From: a virus
Taxonomy: Duplodnaviria > Caudoviricetes
IMG/VR virus record: IMGVR_UViG_3300027769_000106
Span: 1-28,725 of that record
Strand: one strand, 5' to 3'
DNA: 28,725 bases
Both the position numbers and the translations under genes were made by a program. Below, piece after piece: positions 16,233 through 25,622 of the stretch (position 1 is the stretch's first letter; each line of letters begins with the position of its first letter). The notes under the pieces were generated by a model, which had not been told where the DNA came from, did no database searches, and worked only from the letters and a program-made list of their open reading frames with translations.

Positions 16233-17396
16233 TCAGAATGGAATCTCATCCAGGATTGTTGCCTTCACGGCTGCTGGTGCAGGTGCATCGACCTTTGCAT
16301 CCACCTTGGAATAGAGGTCCAAGAACGCCAGTTTGGTTTCAGTATCAAACCTTGCCACACACAGCTCAATGGCCTTCATGCGGTTGCCAAAGATTTTGAA
16401 TGCTCTAGCAATGTGGACCAAACGGCGGGTGGAAATGATTTCATCCGTAGCGCCTTGGTCGAATGATTGGCGAACAACATCAGCCCATTGTGTCAGCTTC
16501 TCAACAAAATCCTGGTCATCAATCAATGGTGATAGAATTTTCTTTTCAGTCTTGATATCAGGATATTCCTGTTCCACTGTAATGGGGAATCGTTCAAGAA
16601 ATGCATCATCAAGAATCTGTGACAGATAGCGACCTTCTTCACTACCACGACCTTTGGTGTTTGCAGTAGCAATGATGGAGAATCCATTCTTTGGATAAAC
16701 CATTTCGCCGTTTTTCTTGTTGTAGTATGGTTTACCCTCTAAGATGCCTTGTAAGCACATCAACTTATTGGAACCACGATCAACTTCATCAATCAATAGA
16801 ATGGCGCCACGCTTCATGGCCGTAATAACTGGACCATCACGATTAACCACATTACCATCAACAAGAGTAGGACCACCAAGTAAATCCGATTCGTCAGTTT
16901 CGATTGAGATATTGACACGAATACATTCACGTTGAAGTGTGGCACAAACCTGTTCAACCATGAGTGTCTTACCATTTCCTGATAGACCAGTGATGAAAAC
17001 AGGATAAAATTGACCAGACTTAACAATATTGCTAAGGTCTTTATAAAAACCAAAAGGGACATAATCTGGATATTTTACAGGGATTGATACATCAGAATCA
17101 TCAACCATTCTAGGTTGTTTGAATTCTAGGACTTGTGCAGCCAAGGCCACTTCATAATGCTCATGTTCCGCACCAGCAGGTATACTAGGTACTTTAGGTT
17201 TTGTGCCAATAGATGGCAACTTGTAACGACCACGATCAACTCGGTATTCAGATTTAGTTACAAACCAGTATGGGAAAGAAATATCTGCTTCTTCAACAAC
17301 GTGCTGAATACCATCCCGTGTCAGTATAGAACCAACACCGAAAATATCTTCAGCAGCTTTAACAAAGGCAGATTGGTTACGATTCAAACTCATCAT
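16233..17396 (-). CDS. cobS: CobS-like MoxR-family AAA+ ATPase
   Basis: FITGLSGNGKT, RVNISIETDESDLLGG, LLIDEVD, ATANTKGRG, AFLERF, ISTRRLVHI. Confidence 0.92.
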   Translation of the reverse strand: MMSLNRNQSAFVKAAEDIFGVGSILTRDGIQHVVEEADISFPYWFVTKSEYRVDRGRYKLPSIGTKPKVPSIPAGAEHEHYEVALAAQVLEFKQPRMVDDSDVSIPVKYPDYVPFGFYKDLSNIVKSGQFYPVFITGLSGNGKTLMVEQVCATLQRECIRVNISIETDESDLLGGPTLVDGNVVNRDGPVITAMKRGAILLIDEVDRGSNKLMCLQGILEGKPYYNKKNGEMVYPKNGFSIIATANTKGRGSEEGRYLSQILDDAFLERFPITVEQEYPDIKTEKKILSPLIDDQDFVEKLTQWADVVRQSFDQGATDEIISTRRLVHIARAFKIFGNRMKAIELCVARFDTETKLAFLDLYSKVDAKVDAPAPAAVKATILDEIPF

Positions 17397-17425
17397 TTAC
17401 TCCAAAATTAATAGAACCAACCCAT

Positions 17426-17454
17426 ATTATACGCCAAAATTACTTGCGTGGCAA
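17426..17454 (-). promoter_or_regulatory. sigma70-type promoter of cobS, overlapped by an inverted repeat
   Basis: TTGCCA (17454-17449), 17 nt, TATAAT (17431-17426); TTACTTGC-N3-GCAAGTAA at 17440-17458. Confidence 0.75.
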
Positions 17455-17469
17455 GTAACACAATAGTTA

Positions 17470-17721
17470 TCATTCTTCATTCCACTTTCCGGTTTGTTCA
17501 AAGGACTTTTCCTGTATGGTTTTCTCATTGTATAATTTCCTTGGGCTACTACACACAGGACACCTAGGATTGCCACAATCCATGGCATGGTGTTTAACAA
17601 ACTTGTGAGGTTCTTTAACATCCATGCCATTTTGTTTGGCAATCCTGGTTTGCTTCTTAATAACATTCTCATCCTTCAACAGGCGTTTCGAATGCTTCAA
17701 CTTGTCATCAGGATTGGACAT
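17470..17721 (-). CDS. Small basic protein with a putative Zn-binding C-x4-C-x2-C motif
   Basis: Likely start MSNPDDK directly after the rIIB stop; HHAMDCGNPRCPVCSSPRK. Confidence 0.72.
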   Translation of the reverse strand: MSNPDDKLKHSKRLLKDENVIKKQTRIAKQNGMDVKEPHKFVKHHAMDCGNPRCPVCSSPRKLYNEKTIQEKSFEQTGKWNEE

Positions 17722-17722
17722 A

Positions 17723-18472
17723 TCAAACAGCAGAGTTTGCGTTATCTTGCACAGGTGCGGTGAATTCCACAGTATCTTCTGGATTAACACCAACTTCACC
17801 AATCACTTCGTAACGGCAAGCACGACCTTTTGAATTGTCGTAGTCAGTTGGAATGGACACCACATCCCGTGGATTGATTTTCACAATCACAGTGCGCTCA
17901 CCACCAAACGATCTCAAATAGTTTTCACTACAGAAATGCAAACCTGAAGAACAGGTGTTGTTTTGATTGTCATCAACCTTGTTGCGTTCCATCTCAACAA
18001 CTTTACCAACAGAATTGTCCATCTTGCCGGTATGGCAATCGGTGTAATTCTCACGCACTCGCTTGTATGCCAAGAAATGGCCATCAGGTGTAATTGGCAG
18101 GTTATTCTTTTCCAAGAAACCATACAACTCATTCACAGCACGGAATGATGGGTTAGTCATCATGTTTTCCATGAAGGCAACCAATGGGTCAATTGGAAAA
18201 CCATCTTGCAACATTTGCACCATGCGAGCAACAATGGCACCATGCATTTCTTCATCTTTCCAAAACAATTTCTCGCCTTGGACTGCAATGTTACCTGCAC
18301 CATAGTTGAGCACGACCTTTTTCGGATCAATAGTGTCACGCACAGTATTCCAATCACCTGCCTTGATGGCATCAACTACCTTTTGGTAGGTGATATGGGT
18401 TTTGGAAATGGTGTGTGGCTTGTTGTTGATAACAACCACGACATTGGAACCTTGGATTAAATACGGGAACAT
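17723..18472 (-). CDS. rIIB: rIIB-like protein (short form)
   Basis: NPSFRAVNELYGFLEKNNLPITPDGHFLAYKRV, VEMERNKVDDN, TCSSGLHFCS, VKINPRDVVSIPTDYDNSKGRACRYEV; follows rIIA. Confidence 0.93.
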   Translation of the reverse strand: MFPYLIQGSNVVVVINNKPHTISKTHITYQKVVDAIKAGDWNTVRDTIDPKKVVLNYGAGNIAVQGEKLFWKDEEMHGAIVARMVQMLQDGFPIDPLVAFMENMMTNPSFRAVNELYGFLEKNNLPITPDGHFLAYKRVRENYTDCHTGKMDNSVGKVVEMERNKVDDNQNNTCSSGLHFCSENYLRSFGGERTVIVKINPRDVVSIPTDYDNSKGRACRYEVIGEVGVNPEDTVEFTAPVQDNANSAV

Positions 18473-18473
18473 T

Positions 18474-20645
18474 TTAGACACCTTTCACTGTATCAACTAA
18501 ATTAACATACTCACACACATCGTCCTCATTTGCATAAGAACCAAACTTGTTTATCAATGGATATCTATTTGAGAATTCCATCAATTTGCTTTTAAACTGT
18601 GCAGTCACAGCTTTAACATCAATATTATTTTGAATATTCATATTTTGCATCAATCTATTCAGCCAATGAATACCAGTCATCTTTGGTAGGCCAACAAAAC
18701 TGTCCAAGAACATTTTTGCGGGACTCTTTGCATCGACACCATCAGACACTTTTTGGTAATTATAACCGAAAATCGGATGTTTGTCAAGCCCTTCCAACAC
18801 GGAAGCCATGCCGATTTTGGTATTTAACCCAGTCAAAACGGTAGTAATATGGTCTTCGATGTTAATCCAGTTGGACATTTTCTTAATGGCATCAATGTCA
18901 CCTTTACGCACACCATATAGGTCGATGGCAAATTCTGGCATACCAGTTCTACGCAGCAAATCTGCCAATTCGGTTACACCGTAATGTGTATTCAATTTTT
19001 TGAATTGTGGCACAAAACCAGTCATTGGTACATAGTACATCTTTAGATTTTTATTAAATGTGTCCAAAGTACCTGCAGCACGCCACACCATGTCATTTGA
19101 TGATGAGCTTCTAGATGGACCACCACGCTTTTCAAGTTTGAGAATGGTTACGTTTTTACCGAAACCATTGCCGCCTGAACCGTTGCGTGGTTTTTGATCC
19201 AGCGTAGAAGCAACCAATCGTTGTGCAGCAGGTGGATTGTGCAACATTGCATAGAAAGCAACCAAGTCCATTGGATGTTCTTTATGCAACCTATCCAACA
19301 CAAACACAGATTCACGATAAGTGTTTTTCTTCTCTTTGTTACGGAAATGGTGTTTAGCACGTTCAAATGAACCTGTCTTACAATCATTCTCAACAAACAT
19401 TGAGCTGTCGTTAACCTCGATATTGAAATACTCAATACGCTTTTGGTCTTTGTCATAGGATACACAAGGACTACAATTCTTGCAACGGCTAATACCACGC
19501 TCAGATTGGAACTGCTTGATATGAATATTCATAGCTTTCAAATCAAGCAAATTGGCCTTGATATCAAATGAATGATTCCATGCAGTTTCATCAAACAAAG
19601 GGAAATTGGTGGCGGTTACATAATCAAACACCGCACCTTGCCACAAATCTTGGCGTTTCTTGTCATACAAAAACTTTGATCGTTCCCATTCACCTTCAAC
19701 CGCATCAGCTTCAGTAGCAAGAACCTTGGTCAATGCAGAGTTAACTGCAACCAATTTTTTGCGAATAGAATCAATCGTCAGCGGAATGTAGGACAAACCT
19801 TCACGACTTGCTTGAAAGTCCAACTCGCCGATGCCAAACTCCATAACAAGGCCACATTTTAACAATTTGTGTAGGCCTTCAAGTGCTTGTTCTGCTTGTG
19901 GTACATCAATTGGATATGCAATATTACCCATCACAGCAATGGATGAAGAATTACGACCATAACCATCATATTTGCGTGAATGAACACCAGGAATAATATT
20001 CTTGGTTTCATATTCAACACGTTCGATGGCGATTGTGTTACCTGTGATTGTAGGCAATACAGGGAACCAACGGTACACGCTACGTGCTTCATCGGTGAAT
20101 TTACTAAAATCGTACCTGTCATTGACGGAGAATTTTACCTCAACGCCATTAGGTTCTGTTACCTGATCTTCACCCATCAGAGCAATGGATGGCACACCAA
20201 CATCATTAATGAAGGCAGAATAAATTCCTTTGCGACCATTTTGAATGGCAGTAACGGTGAAGTTATCTGTGTAGGAGAATGGAGATTTTGAACCAAGACC
20301 AAGAGCACCAATGAAGTCGTTGGATTCTGTTTTAGTTGATTCGAAATATGTGGTGTAAATCTTGGTCACTTGGTCATGCGACAAACCTGTGCCAAAATCA
20401 CGGATAGAAAACCACGGTTCAAGCGTGGTTGGAAGGTGCACCTCAAACGGCTGTGTGGTGCCGGCCGCAGTGTGAGAATCAATCGCATTGCACGAAAGCT
20501 CACGGACAATCGCCTTAATTTTATTGGCGTATAAGCCAGAGCTAAGGATGTTGAAGGCCTTAGCAGAATTGCGTATACGGAATTCACCGATTTCGCCTAC
20601 ATTAGATAACACGGCTTCCGCCTGAGGTGCGTTATTCAAAATCAT
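18474..20645 (-). CDS. rIIA: rIIA protein with N-terminal GHKL/HATPase domain
   Basis: KAFNILSSGLYANKIKAIVRELSCNAIDSH, IRDFGTGL, YFESTK, GALGLGSKSPFSYTD, VMGNIAYP, SREGLSY. Confidence 0.95.
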   Translation of the reverse strand: MILNNAPQAEAVLSNVGEIGEFRIRNSAKAFNILSSGLYANKIKAIVRELSCNAIDSHTAAGTTQPFEVHLPTTLEPWFSIRDFGTGLSHDQVTKIYTTYFESTKTESNDFIGALGLGSKSPFSYTDNFTVTAIQNGRKGIYSAFINDVGVPSIALMGEDQVTEPNGVEVKFSVNDRYDFSKFTDEARSVYRWFPVLPTITGNTIAIERVEYETKNIIPGVHSRKYDGYGRNSSSIAVMGNIAYPIDVPQAEQALEGLHKLLKCGLVMEFGIGELDFQASREGLSYIPLTIDSIRKKLVAVNSALTKVLATEADAVEGEWERSKFLYDKKRQDLWQGAVFDYVTATNFPLFDETAWNHSFDIKANLLDLKAMNIHIKQFQSERGISRCKNCSPCVSYDKDQKRIEYFNIEVNDSSMFVENDCKTGSFERAKHHFRNKEKKNTYRESVFVLDRLHKEHPMDLVAFYAMLHNPPAAQRLVASTLDQKPRNGSGGNGFGKNVTILKLEKRGGPSRSSSSNDMVWRAAGTLDTFNKNLKMYYVPMTGFVPQFKKLNTHYGVTELADLLRRTGMPEFAIDLYGVRKGDIDAIKKMSNWINIEDHITTVLTGLNTKIGMASVLEGLDKHPIFGYNYQKVSDGVDAKSPAKMFLDSFVGLPKMTGIHWLNRLMQNMNIQNNIDVKAVTAQFKSKLMEFSNRYPLINKFGSYANEDDVCEYVNLVDTVKGV

Positions 20646-20676
20646 TACAAACCTTTTTCATTCAAAGTAAGACTCT

Positions 20677-20704
20677 ATTATACCAGATCCAAGGTAAATG
20701 GCAA
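20677..20704 (-). promoter_or_regulatory. sigma70-type promoter of rIIA
   Basis: TTGCCA (20704-20699), 16 nt, TGgTATAAT (hexamer 20682-20677). Confidence 0.7.
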
Positions 20705-20736
20705 CAACTATTTGCATTGGTTGCACAAATACAACA

Positions 20737-20889
20737 CTAAGAAAATAGATATAAAAGTACTACAGATAAATTGAATGAGAAAACCAGGCCGTCCAACAGG
20801 TAATACCAAGTTGGATGTTTTTGGTAGTCCACATTGACCAACCTCCAACCTGACCAGACTGTAAAAAATAAAGCAAAGAATACATTCAT
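20737..20889 (-). CDS. 50 aa membrane peptide
   Basis: Likely start MNVFFALFF with ATGA overlap and SD GGAGG; 2 hydrophobic segments. Confidence 0.65.
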   Translation of the reverse strand: MNVFFALFFTVWSGWRLVNVDYQKHPTWYYLLDGLVFSFNLSVVLLYLFS

Positions 20890-21104
20890 TCTGTAACCTC
20901 CTGGGCCCAATGAACCACGATCCAGTCCATCAAGCAATCTTCAAAACAATAATCTGCGTCCACTTTTTCTTTGCCATATTTCTCACACATTTTTTCATAC
21001 CAATATGGCCAATATTCTTGGCGAATATCATCCTCAGACTTTGTTTCAATACAAACATCACCATCAACTGGATATGCAAAAGAAAAATATCTCATTTCAT
21101 TCAA
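20886..21104 (-). CDS. Hypothetical phage protein
   Basis: SEDDIRQEYWPYWYEKM...FEDCLMDWIVVHWA. Confidence 0.75.
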   Translation of the reverse strand: MNEMRYFSFAYPVDGDVCIETKSEDDIRQEYWPYWYEKMCEKYGKEKVDADYCFEDCLMDWIVVHWAQEVTE

Positions 21105-21342
21105 TCAATGTAACATCTTGCATTTGCCAAAAGAGTTCAACGGCATTTTGTGCAAAGGCGCATGATATATACTGACCAAGAAAAGATTCATCATTGTGGT
21201 TGTGTATGATTTTTGCAATGAATACTTTGGTGAATGCTATTTTATTTACTTGACCAACGATTCTACCATCTTCTTTACTGTAATAATAATGGCAATCATC
21301 GTTCACATCTTTCCATTCTTTTTCTTTTATATTAGTTAACAT
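21097..21342 (-). CDS. Hypothetical protein
   Basis: 81 aa, in operon register. Confidence 0.7.
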   Translation of the reverse strand: MLTNIKEKEWKDVNDDCHYYYSKEDGRIVGQVNKIAFTKVFIAKIIHNHNDESFLGQYISCAFAQNAVELFWQMQDVTLIE

Positions 21343-21343
21343 A

Positions 21344-21808
21344 TCAATCTTCCAATTTCTCTACCACAATTTTGTTCTCCATATCCGGACCAAAGGACAT
21401 ATTCTCACGATAGATTTTAACCATACCTTTGCGAGCCAATTGCTCACAGGTTAACAACATTATAAATTGCGACATTCGATTTTGGATTTCTTCAAGGTCA
21501 AATGAATTCTCAAGCCCTTCAGCAGAGCAAAGCATTTGTGTAATCAAAATCAAATCTTCATATTTTGGACTGTCCTCATCATCAGCAACACCAGTCAATG
21601 TAATCAGGTCTTCATCAGTCAAATCACGCATGAAATCACCAACGGTCATATATGGATTATGCATCAGATCAGCGGCAAGCAACCGTGTCACAGCAAGGCA
21701 ATCTTTGGCCTTGACAATCATGTCATAGTTAATATTGTAACCATTGAATTCGTTTTCATCATATTCCATATCCATATTATTCCTTTGAATTTGTTTTTTG
21801 CGCCACAT
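21344..21808 (-). CDS. Acidic hypothetical protein
   Basis: Start at ATG 21808 (TAATG coupling) or further downstream; D/E-rich. Confidence 0.75.
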   Translation of the reverse strand: MWRKKQIQRNNMDMEYDENEFNGYNINYDMIVKAKDCLAVTRLLAADLMHNPYMTVGDFMRDLTDEDLITLTGVADDEDSPKYEDLILITQMLCSAEGLENSFDLEEIQNRMSQFIMLLTCEQLARKGMVKIYRENMSFGPDMENKIVVEKLED

Positions 21809-21954
21809 TATTCTTTCCAATCACCATAAAGGTCTTCAACTTCTTTGATTAGACGGTCAGCAAATTTCTGACAGAATACATTGAACCACAATTCATCCAA
21901 CATTTCAACAGGCGCACCGGCTTCAATGACCAATTTTTTAAGTTCTTCATTCAT
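21808..21954 (-). CDS. 48 aa hypothetical protein (not in ORF track)
   Basis: MNEELKKLVIEAGAPVEMLDELWFNVFCQKFADRLIKEVEDLYGDWKE; fills the gap exactly. Confidence 0.7.
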   Translation of the reverse strand: MNEELKKLVIEAGAPVEMLDELWFNVFCQKFADRLIKEVEDLYGDWKE

Positions 21955-21955
21955 A

Positions 21956-22252
21956 TTAATCACCTGAATCTATATTATGTGCATCACCACAATGGGCACA
22001 GGTGTACTTAGTGTAACAATGACCTGCACTCTGCGAATTGTAAAGGTGAACACAAGGTGTACCATCAGGCCTCAATTTAACCTTGCCTGTTGGTCGACCC
22101 AACATATATTGACCACCACAATTGGTACAGTCCACCGTATCATCTTCAGCACGGTAACCATACCAATGGTAATCTTTACCATAGCGCCTCAAATGGTCTG
22201 GACAAGGCATATGCCCTGAGCCATTACAAGTTGGACAAACTCCTAATTCCAT
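21956..22252 (-). CDS. Cys-rich zinc-finger protein
   Basis: CPTCNGSG, CTNCGG, CVH, CAHCG; likely start MELGV after SD GGAG. Confidence 0.75.
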   Translation of the reverse strand: MELGVCPTCNGSGHMPCPDHLRRYGKDYHWYGYRAEDDTVDCTNCGGQYMLGRPTGKVKLRPDGTPCVHLYNSQSAGHCYTKYTCAHCGDAHNIDSGD

Positions 22253-22253
22253 T

Positions 22254-22610
22254 TTATCTCCAAGTTCTATGGTCTTCAGCAATGTGCTCAAGCCCATCAT
22301 ATTCACATACGTGCCATTTCACACCATCAGGTATTTCTACCACTTTCAAGTCAGCATAGTCACCATTGGCCTTTGTACCAAAGTGTTCCACAATGGCAAC
22401 CAAATCAGGATCAGACCGATCCTCAGTCATTGTCCGTGAATACAAATAGTATTCATCATCACCCAAATGGCCGGCATGGTAATATTCATGCCAATCATAA
22501 TCTTCACGGTGACGCTTTTCCCATAATATACCTTTACGGTTAAGGAATATCTCAAAAGCGGCATCAGATAAACCGAAACCACCAAAACTATTGTTTATTA
22601 CTACTTTCAT
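22254..22610 (-). CDS. Hypothetical phage protein
   Basis: MKVVINNSFGGFGLSD...RSDPDLVAIVE...LKVVEIPDGVKWHVCEYDGLEHIAE; SD GAGG. Confidence 0.82.
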   Translation of the reverse strand: MKVVINNSFGGFGLSDAAFEIFLNRKGILWEKRHREDYDWHEYYHAGHLGDDEYYLYSRTMTEDRSDPDLVAIVEHFGTKANGDYADLKVVEIPDGVKWHVCEYDGLEHIAEDHRTWR

Positions 22611-22621
22611 TTTTTACCTCA

Positions 22622-23500
22622 TCAACCGCAAATTGTGTACTCTGCCAAATTAGCCCAGTTTTTACCTGCGCTTTGGCGAATCTTTGTTACCTGAATCAAG
22701 GTACGGAGCGACAACTCTTTAACTGAATCCTGCAGGCGTTCGATCAAACCCATGGCGTCAGCCTTGATGGTCTTGTCAAACTCAGGCATAAACTCACCTG
22801 AAGTTAACAAGTGCTGCATACGCTCGATTTTCTGCTTGTTGGTCATTGACAGGTCAACGGCCATCGAGCGGGTGATAATAGCCTGGTCAATGTTGGATGA
22901 TGCCAGGTTGGAGATGAAAATCACTCGACCTTTGAATTCAAAGGATGTGGGCAAATCTTCATCTTTGATATCAGCACGCCATGAGATGATACGGCGGGAA
23001 TATGAATCGAGCGCACCTTTGAGCAGGTTCAATGAGGTAGGATCCTTGAGAACGGAATCACAATCATCGAACACAATAACGCCATCTTTGTTTTCATAAA
23101 GTGTACGGTACAGGCCTTTTGGTGTGGAGTAACCTTTGATAACACGGAAGGTCTTGGCAGTCTTTAGGACCGTACCTACTGCAAAATCTTCAAGCACTGA
23201 CACATCCTTGAAGCCAAGAGCTGTCAAGGTTTGCGATACAGTAAAGGACTTACCAAGACCACCAGGACCAGTAACAACCACGGATGCCTGAGCACCTGAA
23301 GCGAGCATTGCAACCATATCAGACACAAAGCCGAAACGCTCATTGATACTGAAACGGGACTCTTTGACAGGTGCGGAGTCCACGGACTCTTTGGTTGCCT
23401 TGCGAATCACATATTCAAGGTGCTCACGCTTGCTGCGTTTAACGGTCTTGCCGTTGACGGTGGCAACATACTTGCCGTTGACAAATTTAATCTCGCTCAT
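22622..23500 (-). CDS. P-loop AAA-like ATPase
   Basis: VTGPGGLGKS Walker A, IVFDDCDSV Walker B, LLKGALDS, FEFKGRVIFISN, SLRTL; SD AGGAG. Confidence 0.88.
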   Translation of the reverse strand: MSEIKFVNGKYVATVNGKTVKRSKREHLEYVIRKATKESVDSAPVKESRFSINERFGFVSDMVAMLASGAQASVVVTGPGGLGKSFTVSQTLTALGFKDVSVLEDFAVGTVLKTAKTFRVIKGYSTPKGLYRTLYENKDGVIVFDDCDSVLKDPTSLNLLKGALDSYSRRIISWRADIKDEDLPTSFEFKGRVIFISNLASSNIDQAIITRSMAVDLSMTNKQKIERMQHLLTSGEFMPEFDKTIKADAMGLIERLQDSVKELSLRTLIQVTKIRQSAGKNWANLAEYTICG

Positions 23501-23529
23501 CAGTTACTCCTAATCAATCAATACGATGT

Positions 23530-23595
23530 ATTCTACAGGTCCTGGTGCAAATGGCAATATACTACTAAAGTACTCAAGCAGTCCGGTCAAGTATT
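23530..23595 (-). promoter_or_regulatory. Early promoter with upstream AGTACT-N15-AGTATT element
   Basis: TTGCCA (23557-23552), 16 nt, TAGAAT (23535-23530); 24 nt TGGCAATATACTACTAAAGTACTC identical to 25645-25668. Confidence 0.75.
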
Positions 23596-23755
23596 ACTGT
23601 TTGATTTTGTTCTTTTCCCTTATTTTGTCGAGGACCAAGTTTATCAAGGTTATTTGAAAACACTCTCCCATGGTTTTCCCAGGAATTGGTTTGGTGTTCA
23701 AGGCCGCCGCCATGCGAATTTCCTTGTTTTCTTCATCTGTCAAATTGATAATCAA
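23594..23755 (-). CDS. 53 aa hypothetical protein (TTG start, not in ORF track)
   Basis: MIINLTDEENKEIRMAAALNTKPIPGKTMGECFQITLINLVLDKIREKNKIKQ; 4 nt overlap with upstream stop. Confidence 0.5.
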   Translation of the reverse strand: MIINLTDEENKEIRMAAALNTKPIPGKTMGECFQITLINLVLDKIREKNKIKQ

Positions 23756-23952
23756 ACCGATTTCCCTGTCGCTACATGGACCACGGCAGACGGAAATAGC
23801 ACGGCCACCGCCAGTTCCATGAGGTCTGGATCAAGTCCGGCACGGGAGACAATCTGGATCTCCTCATATACACTCCAGGGTTGACCGCACAGGAAACGGA
23901 GGGCAGAATCAATCGCAAATTCTTCTGCATACAAAAGTTCTAATTTATTCAT
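23752..23952 (-). CDS. Hypothetical protein
   Basis: Likely start MNKLELL after SD GGAGG. Confidence 0.65.
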   Translation of the reverse strand: MNKLELLYAEEFAIDSALRFLCGQPWSVYEEIQIVSRAGLDPDLMELAVAVLFPSAVVHVATGKSV

Positions 23953-23953
23953 T

Positions 23954-24205
23954 TCATCCTCCGAAAATGGCGGCATTCATTGCCTGCGTTTTCAACTCTT
24001 TTTCCGTGTATTCGATTTTGTGCCAAACGCCATCATTGTTCGGTTGTGCGGATGCAATATCAAAGGAATACACCGATCCTGTCTCAGTGTAGAATCCCTC
24101 AATTTCAGCAATTCGGGTAACTCCACGGCCGTTGTCTTTCATGGTTCCTTCCCATCCGTTGGTTAGAAGGATTCTCATGCCTTTTTTAATTTCATTCGTT
24201 TTCAT
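23954..24205 (-). CDS. Hypothetical protein, possibly SH3-like beta fold
   Basis: MKTNEIKKGMRILLTNGWEGTMKDN.RG..R...EGFYTETGSVYSFDI. Confidence 0.75.
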   Translation of the reverse strand: MKTNEIKKGMRILLTNGWEGTMKDNGRGVTRIAEIEGFYTETGSVYSFDIASAQPNNDGVWHKIEYTEKELKTQAMNAAIFGG

Positions 24206-24441
24206 TGGCTTTCACTCCATGCACCATAATACTTCAAAATCAATTCCAATGCATAGATGTGTTCCGTAATCTGTGCAATATCTTCGGCTTCATCCGTTGC
24301 AAAGATGCCCCATGTCTTGCCCTCGGCACGCCGCTCCAAATCATACTTTAATGATTCGTATACGCCTCGCAATTCGTTTTGCACAATTTTGTCAACAGTA
24401 TCCCAATCCAGCTCAACCATCACTTTTCTATCGTATGTCAT
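24202..24441 (-). CDS. Hypothetical protein
   Basis: Likely start MTYDRK directly after the upstream stop. Confidence 0.7.
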   Translation of the reverse strand: MTYDRKVMVELDWDTVDKIVQNELRGVYESLKYDLERRAEGKTWGIFATDEAEDIAQITEHIYALELILKYYGAWSESQ

Positions 24442-24442
24442 A

Positions 24443-24838
24443 TTACCACCATGAATCATAATAAACGGCATCGCCTACAGCGACAACTGCCATTGCCTTG
24501 CCAATAAATTCCATATCCTGTGCAACAGAATCGGCATCAGGAGGATTATCACCAAAAAAGAAACCAGTAGTTTCAGGCAACCGACCTTTTGTCACATCCA
24601 CTGCCAGTCGCTGCAGGTCTTCCATGGTTAATCGCACTTTCACACAATTAAACGATTCTTTGGTACCACCCTTTTCACGATACAGGCGTTCCATCCAACC
24701 ATGGAGGTCGTGGTGTTTACGCCAATAATACAGTTCTTCAACTTTACTGGGAAAATCATCATCGCCAGAAGCGACCGAAAAATCATCAATGGCGTCCTCT
24801 GCTTTGACACGCCAAGCGTACATATCTAAACCCATCAT
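24443..24838 (-). CDS. Hypothetical phage protein
   Basis: MGLDMYA...YWRKHHDLHGWM...FNC...LPETTGFFFG...YYDSWW; SD AAGGAG. Confidence 0.82.
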   Translation of the reverse strand: MMGLDMYAWRVKAEDAIDDFSVASGDDDFPSKVEELYYWRKHHDLHGWMERLYREKGGTKESFNCVKVRLTMEDLQRLAVDVTKGRLPETTGFFFGDNPPDADSVAQDMEFIGKAMAVVAVGDAVYYDSWW

Positions 24839-24845
24839 TTACTCC

Positions 24846-25376
24846 TTATTTCAAAACAATGCCATCGACATTGTATTTTTTCTTCAAAAACGACAAACAC
24901 GCTTCAGGTGTTGGTCGAGCAGCTTCTTGTTTGCCGTTCATCATGGCAATCCACTTTTGACGGTCTTCACGGAAGAACACGGTGCCATCAGGATGCGTGG
25001 TCTTGGTGCCTCTCACAATCGAACCGACACGGGTATTGCCAACTGTCACAATAACCAGTTTGGCAGGCGTTGCGGTGCGTTGGCGTGCCATTTTCTTGGC
25101 AGGCGCCTTTGGTGCCTTTGTTGATTTTGGTTTGTCCTCACTAACCATCACTACCTCTTTGTTTGCATCAAATTTAGGACCAGTCAAAGGACCGACCCAC
25201 GGAAAGAAACCAACGGGTGATGGTTTATCTTTATTGGCATTGGCTTCATTCATATCTGAACCACAGAGCGACCAGGTGTCGGTCTCTGCATTATACCATC
25301 GATAATGCTTGCCTTGCATACCACGGTCGACCAAGTACATGGCCGAACGGGTAGGTTTATCAGTGTTAAATTCCAT
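24846..25376 (-). CDS. Two-domain protein with K/P/A-rich linker and a C-terminal AP2-like three-strand-plus-helix module
   Basis: GTVFFREDRQKWIAMMNGKQ...TPEACLSFLKKKY; SD GAGG. Confidence 0.65.
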   Translation of the reverse strand: MEFNTDKPTRSAMYLVDRGMQGKHYRWYNAETDTWSLCGSDMNEANANKDKPSPVGFFPWVGPLTGPKFDANKEVVMVSEDKPKSTKAPKAPAKKMARQRTATPAKLVIVTVGNTRVGSIVRGTKTTHPDGTVFFREDRQKWIAMMNGKQEAARPTPEACLSFLKKKYNVDGIVLK

Positions 25377-25592
25377 TTATACCTCTGTTAATTGAATTTG
25401 AAAAATTTCTTGTTTCATGTTATGGTCAAAGTACCGAACAGTGGTACCAATTCCTTTGTTAGTACCCATTTGATCTAATGCCCATGCCAATGCATCATTT
25501 TGCAAACCGAAATCACCAACGCACTTTTGCTTTATATTCTTTTTACTGGTATAAAAGCAAACACCATTTACAATCACACGAATTTTTTTCAC
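25377..25592 (-). CDS. Hypothetical protein (GTG start)
   Basis: SD AAGGA; first gene after the promoter at 25623-25650. Confidence 0.7.
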   Translation of the reverse strand: MKKIRVIVNGVCFYTSKKNIKQKCVGDFGLQNDALAWALDQMGTNKGIGTTVRYFDHNMKQEIFQIQLTEV

Positions 25593-25622
25593 AATCTATC
25601 CTTTATCAACTCAATGAAACCC

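Noticed and set aside
16233-17396. Cobalamin biosynthesis auxiliary gene
   Set aside because: Phage CobS-like proteins are MoxR AAA+ ATPases; no cobN or cobT or other cobalamin genes are present.
17427-17672. 81 aa alternative-frame ORF
   Set aside because: Overlaps the better-supported 17470..17721 gene and the cobS promoter.
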